DNA from: Phyllosticta citribraziliensis
Lineage: Eukaryota
Reading direction: 5' to 3'
Assembly: GCF_038025025.1 (NCBI RefSeq)
Contig: NW_027117343.1
Coordinates: 2,232,001-2,296,000, forward strand
Length of the DNA stretch: 64,000 bases
The notes below the pieces were generated by a model. The model saw only the letters and a program-made list of their open reading frames with translations, was not told the origin of the DNA and searched no databases. Made by a program: the position numbers and the translations under genes. Positions 52,861 to 64,000 of this stretch are shown here, one piece after another (the stretch's first letter is position 1; every line of letters starts with the position of its first letter).

Positions 52861-53750
52861 CTACTGGTTCATCTGTATGCTGTAGTTCCCCGACTTCTCG
52901 TCCTTGACAAACTGAAAGCTATCCGTGCTCAGTCCAAAAGGCCTGAGAATGCCATTGCCCAGATCCTTCAGCTTGCCCATCATCTCGCCCATCTCCTTTT
53001 GCTTGGCCTCGTCCAGCCTGCGCGGCAAGACGCGCAGCGCCGCCTCGACGGTCCTCTTGTCCAGCGGCGCCAGGTTCGGCATGGCGGCCAGCGCTTTGTA
53101 ATCTTCCTCTGCGCCCTGCAGCGACGCCCACCCGCCAACCTCTGACCGCGCCTTTGCGCGCCGCAGCAGCGCCTTGATGCGCAGCTTCTGCACGTCTTCT
53201 CTGCTGCGTCCGCTGCGCGCCAGCGCCTCTATCCGCTCCGCCGTGTCGTCGTCCACCTCCTCGACCCTCGCATCTGCCGCAGCAGCAGCGTCACCATCCT
53301 TCTTCGCTGCCTTGTCCTCGTCCTTCTCCTTGTCTTTCGCCGCGCCGACGGGCGGATCCACGCGATCCAAGCACTCCAGCGCCGCCGTCGCCGCCTCAAC
53401 CGCCTCCTTCCACTCGCTCAGCTTCAGGTGGCACGCGGAGACGTTGGCGCGCAGCACGGCGACGTCGTAGTCGAGGTAGTTGGGGCATTTGGCCAGCGCG
53501 CGGCTGTATGCACTTATGGCGTCCGAGTACGCGGCGGAGCTGAAGAAGGCGTTGCCCTGCGTTTTTTGCGCGGTAGATTCGCTGAGGAGGTTCTGGGTAG
53601 ATTGGAGTCGTTAGATTGGACAAGCTGGGGTCGGTGGGTTTGGCTTACGGCTTCTTCCTCGGGCGAGAAGCGGAGGTCTGCGTTGGCCGCGTCGGGGGAT
53701 CCGGTGGATGGGGCGTCAGGCGCAGCGGGGGTTGTAGCGGGTGCTGACAT
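52861..53750 (-). CDS. Tetratricopeptide repeat protein, TTC1-like (2 exons)
   Basis: TPR helices KTQGNAFF, VLRANVSACHLKL and KALLRRAKA. C-terminus MMGKLKDLGNGILRPFGLSTDSF. Confidence 0.85.
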
Positions 53751-54417
53751 TGTGGTTGATGTTTCGCGTTACTGTGGTCGTAACTTTGGGGGCAGAGAGG
53801 AAGCAGAGACGGTGGAGATGTTCGCAATGGACACGCGTTCTGCCAGGCGGTGGAGACGGATCCACTTGCGTCATGTGCGGAATCAAGCCGCATCGGAGAA
53901 AAACTCGCCGACGATTCTCACATTGAACATCAGGGCTCGTTAGCACTATTGGTGGACAGAACTCCTGTATCGTTTGTGCCTATGATCACAAAGTGTCTGA
54001 GTCTCCCTGGTAATTGAATAATACATGACATGAGCGAGGTCGACTAGCCCAACAAAAAAAGTCAAAAAGTTCTTGTTGCTTCTCAAGAGCTTGGCTGCAA
54101 ACAAATTGACAGTATGAACACCAAGCAGCAATGAACGATTAGAAGTCTACAGAAACTGAGAGCCTCGTGTCTCCTCTTGAAACTGCATGTGCTGCTGCTA
54201 CAGCTGCTAAATCAATCCAAGGATCGGCGGGCCTCTGTCGACCCCGGTACGCCGACCCCCGCGTCACCCCACGTCCCTGCAAATCTCACCCTGCGATCTG
54301 TTTACAGCTCCACAACCACTTCTCTGGCCACCTGTCGGAGATATTACAGGTACATGGACATCACTCCAATCCACTCAACAATCAATCTCAAGACTAATCC
54401 GTTGCCAGAAGACCAAG

Positions 54418-55402
54418 ATGGCCTCGCAGACCAAGTACGTTCGTCTGCGTCATTCTCCGTAACCGCCGACCTGACATGCCGCTCTTGCCCAAGACTACCG
54501 GCCATCAAGGCCCTCCTGTTCGACATGGACGGACTTCTGATTGATACCGAGGACCTATACACAATTTGCACGAACGATGTGTTGAGGGAATTCGGAAAGC
54601 CAGACTTGCCCTGGAGCATCAAGGCTTTGCTTCAGGGCAGGCCAGGACCAGATGTGCGCATCGAATGTCCAATTGAACTCGAGATGGGGCCTTATGCTGA
54701 TTTGAACAGGCCCAGCGCATCTTCCACGAATGGGCCAAGCTCCCCATCACCCCTGCCGAGTTCCTCGAGAAGCAAACAGCCCTCCAGCGCAAATATTTCC
54801 CACGAACGCAACCTCTGCCAGGCGTGCCGGACCTCCTCAGCACACTGTCTTCTCGTACAGACCCGCCTGTCCACATTGCGCTTGCGACATCGTCCCATGC
54901 TGGCAACTTCAAACTCAAGACGACCCATCTTCAAGATCTATTTGTCCCCTTTGCCCCCGAACATCGCGTCCTCGGAGACGACAAGCGCATTGCGCCTGGT
55001 CGTGGAAAGCCTGCACCAGACATCTACCTGCTGGCTCTCGAGACGATCAACTCGAAGCTGCGCGCCAAGGGAGAGCAAGAGATAACGCCGGAGGAGTGCC
55101 TGGTATTTGAGGACAGCGTTCCAGGCGTAGAGGCAGGTCGCAGAGCGGGCATGCAAGTTGTGTGGTGCCCGCATCCTGGACTGCTCAAGGAATATACCGG
55201 CCGGGAGCAAGAGGTGCTGGCCGGTCTGACGGGCGCGCACGTCGACAGCGAGGAAGAGCTGGCTCAAAGGGACCGTGAAGCAGGCGCTGGCAATGCCAGA
55301 AGAAAAGGCGCGCCGGGCGAAATTGGCGACGGCTGGGCGAGACTCTTCACGACTTTGGAGGGCTTTCCTTATGCAGACTACGGCATCCACGTCAAGAACT
55401 AG
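54418..55402 (+). CDS. HAD-superfamily phosphatase, HDHD1/pseudouridine-5'-phosphatase-like (3 coding exons)
   Basis: FDMDGLLIDTE, ALATSS, GRGKPAPDIYL and CLVFEDS..GVEAGRRAGM. A probable 5'UTR intron lies at about 54350-54408. Confidence 0.9.
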
Positions 55403-55933
55403 ATGGGCCAGGTTTCTTGGGAGACATTTGGACATAGAGGTATTGCATCACGAATGGGCTCATACACGAAAAAGAAATGCATGAATCAGGACAAAGTGGT
55501 GCCAACGTCCCCGAATGCTTCGCACGCAACGTCAAATCACGACTGTCTCCAATCGACGAAGTGATCAAGTGGTGAGTCAGACCCACGAAGTTTGGTAAGT
55601 CGCTCGCAACATGGTCTCAACAACCGGGGACCAGGGAGCTCCCGCAACCACAACAAATTGAGCTTCTGACCGTTTTTGTGATTTGTTTCGCACTGAACCA
55701 TGGTTCAAATCAGTCCCCAACGAATCCCATTGTCATCGCACCCTGGTCGACTTTTCAGTCATCTGCGAGCTCCAAGACAAAAGGCTCGCCTTCCTCCTAA
55801 CTTTCCATCTACTTTACACAGCACCAGAGCGACTCCATTTGCGCCTTCTCTTCAGCCATAGCACCCCGAACCTTTGGCCCCTTGCGATATCTCGACACAC
55901 ACCGATTCCCTCTTCGCAGGGTCATATCAAGAA

Positions 55934-57830
55934 ATGAACAGCATATTTGATCACGGCTTCCTTGCTGAAGTTCATGCTATGAACCCAGCGGAAAACGTCA
56001 ACACCCGATTCCCACCTGAACCAAATGGCCACCTCCATATCGGTCACAGCAAAGCAATTGCTGTCAACTTTGGCTTTGCTGAATTTCACGGTGGGAATTG
56101 TTTCCTTAGATATGACGACACAAATCCCGCCGGCGAAGAGGAGCAGTTCTTTACTTCGATTGCGGACACCATTCGTTGGTTGGGCTTCACGCCAGCTCGG
56201 GTAACACATTCGAGTGACAACTTTGAAAAGCTTTTTGAATTGGCGGAGGGACTCATACGACGAGATGGAGCCTATGTCTGCCACTGCTCTAGTAAGTTGC
56301 ACATGCAACTGCCCAGCGAATTCCGCGACTAACTATCCGCGCGCAGGAGACGAGATCAAAGCCCAGAGAGGAGGAGAAAAAGGCTCTTCGCCTCGATACG
56401 CCTGTATCCACCGAGGTCGTCCCACCGCCGAGTCCCTCAACGAATTCCGCGCGATGAGAAACGGCAAATACAGGCCTGGAGAAGCGGCACTTCGAATGAA
56501 GCAGGACATCGAAAGCGGCAATCCTCAGATGTGGGACCTGTTTGCTTACAGGATCCTCGACAACGATGCTACGCATTATCGCACAGGAAATCAATGGCGA
56601 ATTTATCCCACCTACGACTTCGCCCACTGTCTATGTGACAGCATCGAGGGCATCACCACATCCCTCTGCACGACAGAGTTCGAGGCGTCAAGCGAGTCGT
56701 ACGAATGGCTTTGCAAGAAACTAGATCTGTACACGCCTATGCAGAGAGAGTAAGACTATCCAAACTCCTCCCGGCCGATTACCTTGCTGACACAACATGC
56801 ACAGATACGGCCGACTCAACATCAGTGGCACGGTCTTATCCAAGCGCAAAATCAAAGCGCTGGTAGACGAGGGCATCGTTCGTGGCTGGGACGATCCTCG
56901 ACTGTACACGCTTATTGGACTCCGTCGCCGCGGCGTGCCCCCTGACGCAATTCTGACCTTTGTCAACGAGATCGGCGTCACAAAGGCGACGACAAACATC
57001 CAAGTGGCGCGCCTCGACCAGACCATCCGCACTTACTTGGGCACCACGGTGCCGCGGCTGATGATGGTGCTGGACCCGCTGCCCGTCGTCATCGACAATC
57101 TGCCTGATGACTTCGTCGAAATGGTCGAGGTACCTTTTTCCGCCGACCCTTCATTTGGAACACACGCGGTACCCTTTACCAAAGTCATGTACATCGAACG
57201 CAGCGACTTCCGGGAGGTCGACTCGCCCAAGTATTTTCGACTGGCACCGGGAAAGACTGTCGGCTTGTTGAAAGTGCCACTCCCCGTTACGGCAACGTCG
57301 TTCGAGAGAGATCCCAAAGACGGACGCATTGTTCGCGTACATGCCGTCTACGGCGCATCAGATGGGGGAGCAAAAGTCAAGAAGCCCAAAGCGTGAGTAA
57401 AAAGTCCAAGCGAGCTCATCGCACAGCACTTCCACTAGCCCTGTTCTAACATTCTCCCAGATTTCTGCATTGGGTTGCAGAGTCACCAGCGCATGGCAGT
57501 CCCATCCGCGCAACCGCACGCCTTTTCAACTCCCTATTCCGCTCCGACGACCCAGAAAGCAATCCGGGTGGATGGAAAGCCGACATCAACCCCGGATCCG
57601 AAGAAGTGCTCGAAAACGCAATGATTGAAGTCGGGTTCAACGAAGTACGAAGCAGAGCGCCTTGGCCGGCACGTGCTACGGAGCTGAACGAGGCGGATGA
57701 TGGCCCGGAGAGTGTGAGGTTCCAGGCGATGCGGGTGGGGTATTTCGCGGTGGATATGGATTCGAGCACGGAACGGGTTGTTGTGAATCGGATCGTTAGT
57801 TTGAAGGAAGATTCTGGGAAGCGTTCATGA
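55934..57830 (+). CDS. GLN4: Glutaminyl-tRNA synthetase, about 572 aa (4 exons)
   Basis: [44 protein letters not shown] and WDDPRL. Introns 56292-56346, 56750-56804 and 57393-57460. Confidence 0.9.
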
Positions 57831-59219
57831 AGTTCAAGTTATAAGAAGGGTAGTGAGTATGCCACGAGACTTTGATCAGAAAATTTGACGGGCGTCGTGC
57901 AATGACAGCCTTGAATTGACTGCATGAGAAGTCTACCCACTCAATGTGATCTCAGTTGTCTGTCCCCTCTTCTCTTTCTGTCTGCTTTCTGTCTACACTC
58001 TATCCTCTCACAGGTTGCTATGGCCTGAACCGAGAGCGCATCTGTGTCTGTAGTTTGACGAAGACGAAGAATCGCAAATTGATGGACGTCAGACGTGAAA
58101 GAGCCAACAAGCGCATCACGCGAGCCAGGAATTTTCAAACCAGCCACTTCGCAGACCTCCAACGCAGCCTCACTCGGATCCTCTGAATAGATGATGCGAT
58201 TGAGGACAATCCCCCTTAAGTCGCTCATGTCGCTACTCAGCGCGAAGTATCTGGCTCGCATCCCTTGAAATCGCATAACCGTGCAGTCCATCGTCAGCTT
58301 CTTCTGATCCCTCCGTGCGCGCCAGCCAGGGCATGTTCCAGATTTCGACGAAACCGACTGCGATGCCGAAGACTCGGATTCCTGCAATTATTCCACGAAA
58401 GCATAGAAGAAGCATTCAAGCTTTCCCGAGCGGCGGGGTACGAGATACGAGCTACGAGCACCCACTCGTTTGCCTTTTCCGCTCTCATGAAGCTTGAGGC
58501 GCCGCACTTCCAATCTCTTTGGAAACGGGGCGGAGATGCTGTCCGAAAGAGGGTAGGATATCCAGCGAGATGCGGTGGAGATCGAAGCATCAAAAGTCTG
58601 CCAACACTGAAGCAGATTGCGATGAGAAAGGCATGTATCATGACTTAAGCCCGACGCTTCTTTCTACGAGTCGCGTGCTTGCCTTTCAGTCGATTCAATT
58701 TGCCATGTCCTTCTAGAAAAACGCTCTATTCTTTCTCTAGAGCAACAGTGAAGCTTTTCTTTCATACTACTTACATCTAAGCCCGAGATCAATCTTTCTT
58801 GGTCTTCATGTCCCGTAATCATCCAACCACCTTTCCAGCTTGTCAGAAAATGTGATTGGCCGAGTTGCTCAAAAGTAAACGCACTGCCGCGGCTCGCGCA
58901 AACAAGCATTTGGGTAATCTCCGCTCGTCGCCTTTACACACAACACCGCACATCACACGACACTGGAGCGGCTGCACCTACTCAAGACAGCGAGTCGATG
59001 CTCAATTCAAGCATCGCAGAATGACTTACCACCGAAATTTGCGATCGCAAACATTTCCCTTCTGCGCTCCGCCATAACCATCCGCCTACGCCCCTCCGCA
59101 ATTTCTCATTCTCTCGACTGTTCCCCACCCACCGCGCCGGGAGAGCAACAACACCAAAACGAGTAAAAACAAGAAAAGTACCACAATCGATCGATCGACA
59201 CATGATTCCAAGTACGAGC

Positions 59220-60515
59220 GCCAGCCTCCTCATCCTCAGCCTCAGCCTCAGCTTCAGCCTCCACCTCCGCCATCCCCTGAAAAGCCAAAAGTGCCGTGAA
59301 TCCCTGTCCCCTGTCCCCTGTCCATCTCCATCTCCGTTCGGATTCAGGAACACACGCGTGGTGTGCCGGAACCTTGTTTGCCGACTGCCGAAGCATACGG
59401 TAAGGGGAAGAGTAAGGTGGGTGTGTAGGCGTGGGTGTACCTACGCAGTGACCAAGTAACCTAACCTTGCCTCCTTTTTTGTTCGCTGGTGTAGTGACAG
59501 AACCTGGAGGGAAGCCGATGGTTTCCTGGATGGGAAGGTGGGGAGGGGAGTGCGCGTTTGTTTTGCACGGTCGTCGTTGTCTAGTTGCCTCTTTTTGATG
59601 GATTGTTGGGTTGGTTGGTTTTGATGTTCCGCGCGTGTGGTAGATGTTGAGTTTGCTCCGCGAGTAAATCAATGGAAGTCTTGAGAGAGATGAGCGATGA
59701 AAGCGCGCATGATTTGCACGTCGGGCATTGTTTTTCAAGTGACGGGAGAGCTGAGACCTGCAGTGACATTTCATCTACAGACGATGGCGACGATGCGGAG
59801 AAATGCTACGACCAAAATCGACCACACAGTAGTGACAAGAGCACCATCTCAACGCCACCAGTAACGCGGCATTCGTCCTCCACGCATGCAACGAGACGCT
59901 CAGTCAAGCTCAGTCTCCATGCCTCCGTCCTCTCCATCCATCTATCCATCCATCCAGACCACTCAAGGAAGCCAAATTATCCATGCGCACATCCCCTCCA
60001 ACAATATACCCACAATACGGGAACTGCCACTTGCGCCTCAACCAAACCACGAACCCCTGTCTACACATCCTCTTCCCTACCACCCTCACCCCAGCCGCCC
60101 TACCCGGTCGACACCCTGCCCTGCGACTAGCGCGCCAGCCACGCGTGCGCCCATTCTTTTACGTGGCTCAGCCTCTCCACGAATAGGGCAAGACGAGCAC
60201 GTACTCTACGACAAAGGGAATGGAGGCGAGCAAGTGTACGCGCGTGGCGTCGCTGTTTGCGTCGGGAGCTGGAAATCTTGGGAACGCGAGATTGCCATTG
60301 GGAATCGGAAGTACTCCCACTGGCAGGCTATTTGACGGGTGGATGAACGGTTGGAGCGTGTTGGAGTGGTGCGGCGCCGTGTGCACGCAGAAGTGCCGGA
60401 CGGACGAAAGAAACTGCATGACTGACTGACAAACTAACCACCAAGCTTACGTCTGCAATGGCCACCGAGTGAGTAAGCTACATCCACGGACGGACGGACG
60501 GACGGACGGACGGAC
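59220..60515. repeat. Microsatellites (CTCAGC)n, (TCCCTG)n, (TTGG)n, (CCAT)n, (GGAC)n in a long intergenic region
   Basis: Read directly at about 59235-59260, 59301-59322, 59606-59619, 59932-59955 and 60486-60515. Confidence 0.7.
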
Positions 60516-61814
60516 TATTTGCAGCGGTCAAGCCCATTGTTGGGCAGGTAGGTTGGAAGTGACTAAGAATCGCCGCGTGCGCCGCGGAACAGATGGGATT
60601 GATTACCACTCTACTCCTGCACGAGTGAGTACTGTGTACGGAAACCCAGACGGCGGAGAGACTCATCCCTGCGACCACTCTGTCTTTTTGCGAATGGCTG
60701 GATTGGTCGGAGAGCTATGGTTTGTCACATTGATGGGAGTAGGAGCATTAGGGTCCCGCCTCAACTCATCTCGCCACCAGCGTGATGGAGGGCGAGCAAG
60801 AAGCGGTTGGTATAGAGTACGGTAGATGGATTACTGTACCGCAATGTGCGGCGGAGGGAGCGGGAAGTTTGTCTAGACAGGGTGTGTGGGGCGCTGGAGA
60901 GCGGGTGCGGCTGAGAGCGGGGAGGCGCCGCGCTGGAGATCAGGGACTGTGTCTACCGCGTTTTTCAGCGAGCAAGGAAGAGTAGCGGTGGGCAGGCAGT
61001 TCCAAGAGAGGAAGGAGGGTCTGGCATGTGAACGGTGGGTAGATGCAGGTTCACTGATCGAGGAATCAGAGTTGGAAGAGCAGCACGTGCGAAATTCATC
61101 ACGATGAGTTCAGATCACGGAAGTATTCGAGTAAGCGTCGTGAACATTGTTGGATTATACAAAGTTTTGATATGGAGAAGAAGGAAAAGTCTGTTCGCTT
61201 TAGACATTACAGTGAGTGGTTTTGGTTGGTGCGGTATGAGCGATGGCTCTCCCCCAACACGCCGAAGACAACGCCGCCATGTCATGGACCCCGACTTCTT
61301 GCCCCGTTCTGCCAACCCCTTCCATCCCGTCCACGCTTCTTCTTGATCACCTCAGGTAAACCTACGGTGCGATTTACAGTCCGCGGCCACTCGTCGATCA
61401 ACCTCGGGCGCCGGATCGACCAGCGCCACCGTGGTGGCCCGGCGCCATTTTTTCTTCTCGCCGAGCGACTGTGTTCCAAGCCGCTCGGCGACTCGTGTCT
61501 TCGGTGATAGAGCCCTGCTCGTCCGTCTTGGTATCCAGGTTCCAAAGCGTAAAAAATGTCATTAAGACTTGGCCGCGAATCAAAATGTTCGCCGACGACA
61601 TAGGCCGCGCGGACAGCAGCGGAGTTGTTCCAGAGGACTGTCCGCCTGTCCAGTGGGTGGTATCAAAACTCCGTGACTCCTGGCCGATTTGACCCGGCTT
61701 GGGGTGCTCCCTCGGCGAGAGATGTGATGGGTACAATTTTGTACAGTAATGTCGTCGAAGCAGCCCGGCTTTTCAGCGTAGAGGCCGCCATTGTGACGAC
61801 GGCTGCGAGGCAGC

Positions 61815-62123
61815 TCACTCTTGGTTGATCAGGGGGAGCTCATTGGCGGACGTGATGGAGAAGTCGGACATGGAGGAGCAGGTGGAGAGGTGCCGCGAGT
61901 GGTTGCGGGCGGCGTAGATGCGCTCCTCCTCTTCCTCGTCCTCCTCGGCGGCCATGAGGAAAATATCGAGGCGGATCTTGACTGCTTGGCGGCCGTGAAG
62001 GTTGGGGATGAAGACGTATTGGTTCTCGGGTTGCTCTGACTTGGCGGAGAGGGTTCCACAAGGGAGGGGGTTGGAGGCAGCCACCTTGATGGTTTGCGGG
62101 GGGACGGTTTGTGTTTGAGACAT
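61815..62123 (-). CDS. Small uncharacterised protein, 102 aa
   Basis: ACCACCATG start context, TATAAA at 62214-62209, strong C/G third-position codon bias and an acidic EEDEEEEE tract. Confidence 0.6.
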   Translation of the reverse strand: MSQTQTVPPQTIKVAASNPLPCGTLSAKSEQPENQYVFIPNLHGRQAVKIRLDIFLMAAEEDEEEEERIYAARNHSRHLSTCSSMSDFSITSANELPLINQE

Positions 62124-62299
62124 GGTGGTTGTAGGTGAGAGAGGAGGTGTCGAATGTAGTGGTAGATGGTAGTCTATGGTGATGGACAATGGCGGGCGTC
62201 ATGGGTTCTTTATAAAGACAGCCGTGTGCATGCAAAGTCCGTCCGAGAGCGAAAGTTTGCTAGGGGGACTTGCCTATCGCCGGGAGGCAAGGTTCATGG

Positions 62300-62330
62300 G
62301 CTTGGGCTTGGGCTTGGGCTTGGGCTTGGG
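62300..62330. repeat. (CTTGGG)5 microsatellite
   Basis: Read directly from the sequence. Confidence 0.9.
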
Positions 62331-62822
62331 CCGGGGCCGGACTGGGGTTAGTCACGGGCCACAGACAATGCACCTTCAGGTCCGGTTGGCAGCAGCCTTG
62401 CCCCTTTCGGCTGCCGCCAGATTACGTGACATGCCCCCCGTCCTTGGCTCGAAAATCGACCCTCTCCACGGACGACCGCCTGGCCCGCGCGCTGCAGTTG
62501 ACTCTGTGTGCTGCTGCAGTGTTCGCGGATGAGCGTCCAGTGACGACAGTCAATGACGCTGAAGGAAGAAAATGGACTTAACGGAGTCGGGGGAAGGATT
62601 TCTGGTCTGACGCGGCGTCTGGCGCCGGCAGCTCGGTCCCGGACGGACGTCGACGGAATTATCTTACAATAGCAAAGACTGACTTTGCCCGTCAAGGGAC
62701 CATCTGACGGCTTTGCAATTTCGAGCTGGTCAACCATGTGCCCATCTCGTGTAGAGTTGGACCGGGGTGTCGTGTTAGAGAACAACGCTTGGTAGCAATG
62801 GAATGTCACCATGCTCGACGCT

Positions 62823-62905
62823 TGAGTGCTCCCCGTCAGTCGCAGTCATAGCATATGAATGCTGCCCGTCACCTACAGTCACCGCATATGAATGCTCCCC
62901 ACCAC
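62823..62905. repeat. 33-nt tandem repeat, about 2.5 copies
   Basis: Units TGA(G/A)TGCT(C/G)CCC start at 62823, 62856 and 62889. Confidence 0.75.
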
Positions 62906-63122
62906 TAATCAACTTCCTTGAGTAAACTGCTCTTGTCGTGTGTGTCACGGCTTTTGTGGCCGAGCCTAGGTTGGAACCACTACCATGCCACTGATCGCGT
63001 GGCGCCCTGTCCGCCCTGCGCCTGGCCTGGACCGCTCGCCGCCTCAACACCACCACCACTAAGAATATCACTAAGAATACCACCACCACCGCTACAACTC
63101 ACCGCCGCCGTCGTCCTGCACC

Positions 63123-63971
63123 ATGCCCAGCGGCCCACACGACGCCAGCTTTGTGCCCGCCCTCATCGTCGTTGACGTGCAGGAAGACTTTTGTCCGCCC
63201 GTGAGTCGATCGCTGCGCGCCCCTCACATCACCCCGCACTCCGCCATTTACCCCCTCCACACCGCACCGTATCGCCCGCCACCAACGTCCATCCATCGCA
63301 TCGCTAACAATGCACCCAACAAGAACGGCGCCCTGGCCGTGCCCGACGGCCGCCGCGTCGTCGCGCCCATCAACGCGCTTCTCCGCCTACCCTTTGCACT
63401 AAAAGTCGCGACCAAGGACTTCCACCCGCCCTCGCACGTCTCGTTTGCCTCGAACCACACCCCGCCCGACAACGTCCCCTTTGCCAGCTCCGTCACCATC
63501 GTCAACCCGCTCAATGCCTCCGAGACGTGCTCGTCGCGCCTGTGGCCCCCGCATTGCGTGCAGGGCACGCCGGGCGCCGACCTGCTGCCCGACCTCGACG
63601 CCGCCGCGCTCGACGCCGTCGTCGAAAAGGGCCAGGACCACCGCGTCGAGATGTACAGCGCCTTTGCCGACCCGTTTCGCGCGCCGTGCGTCGCACAGAG
63701 CGCGTTGGAGGAGCTGTTGACGCAGCGCGGCGTCACCGACGTCTTTGTGACGGGCCTGGCCATGGATTACTGCGTCCGGTACACGGCCGAAGACGCCGTG
63801 GAGCGCGGCTGGCGCACGTGGGTGGTGGAAGAAGCGACCAAGGCCGTCGACGCCGACAAGTGGGACCAGGTGAAGCAAGAGATGGAGGCCAAGGGGGTGC
63901 GGTTCGCGAGCGTTGACGGAGAAGAGGTCGGCAGAGTCAAGGCCCTGGCCGGCAAGGACAAGATTGCTTGA
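63123..63971 (+). CDS. PNC1: Nicotinamidase/pyrazinamidase (2 exons)
   Basis: VVDVQEDFCPPNGALAV across intron 63201-63323, plus KDFHP..H.SF, LWPPHCVQGT.GA, VEKG, YSAF and GLAMDYCV. Confidence 0.93.
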   Translation: MPSGPHDASFVPALIVVDVQEDFCPPVSRSLRAPHITPHSAIYPLHTAPYRPPPTSIHRIANNAPNKNGALAVPDGRRVVAPINALLRLPFALKVATKDFHPPSHVSFASNHTPPDNVPFASSVTIVNPLNASETCSSRLWPPHCVQGTPGADLLPDLDAAALDAVVEKGQDHRVEMYSAFADPFRAPCVAQSALEELLTQRGVTDVFVTGLAMDYCVRYTAEDAVERGWRTWVVEEATKAVDADKWDQVKQEMEAKGVRFASVDGEEVGRVKALAGKDKIA

Positions 63972-64000
63972 GAAGTCTCATGAGTGATGACATGATACCA

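Noticed and set aside
57828..57875. Stop readthrough of GlnRS giving a C-terminal TRL as a cryptic PTS1
   Set aside because: The stop context is TGA AGT, not the leaky TGA CTA, and TRL is not a canonical PTS1.
57940..59080. Short ORFs downstream of GlnRS as a transposon remnant or gene
   Set aside because: No transposase or RT motifs, no terminal repeats and no obvious RIP-like AT richness.
62300..62330. (CTTGGG)n as an interstitial telomere repeat
   Set aside because: It differs from fungal TTAGGG and has only 5 units; treated as an ordinary microsatellite.

Overview
Gene-dense genomic DNA from a filamentous ascomycete (Pezizomycotina, probably a Dothideomycete, inferred from gene content and short GT-AG introns with CTRAY branch points). 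About 23 protein-coding genes can be built by hand. Housekeeping genes are SRP101, YIF1, MNL1/EDEM, TIM50, PRMT5/HSL7, PRP43, HEI10, XAP5/FAM50, a TTC1-like TPR protein, a HAD phosphatase, GlnRS and PNC1, many in head-to-head pairs. An accessory block at 23-39 kb encodes secreted or surface proteins: phytase, a 137-aa effector-like protein, a carboxylesterase, a membrane-anchored pepsin-fold pseudo-protease and a secreted amidohydrolase. I recognised no tRNA, rRNA, transposase or CRISPR. Best leads: (1) a TenA/PAB1642-like gene whose N-terminus is a BED-like zinc finger, assembled from a 3-nt and a 6-nt coding micro-exon and missed by the ORF track; (2) an N-terminally short GlnRS with substitutions near the active site; (3) a stop-free 177-nt PRMT5 intron with an internal CAG|GT junction; (4) the receptor-like pseudo-protease; (5) a Prp43 with a divergent RecA2 segment. 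All family calls come from motif recognition, not database searches.
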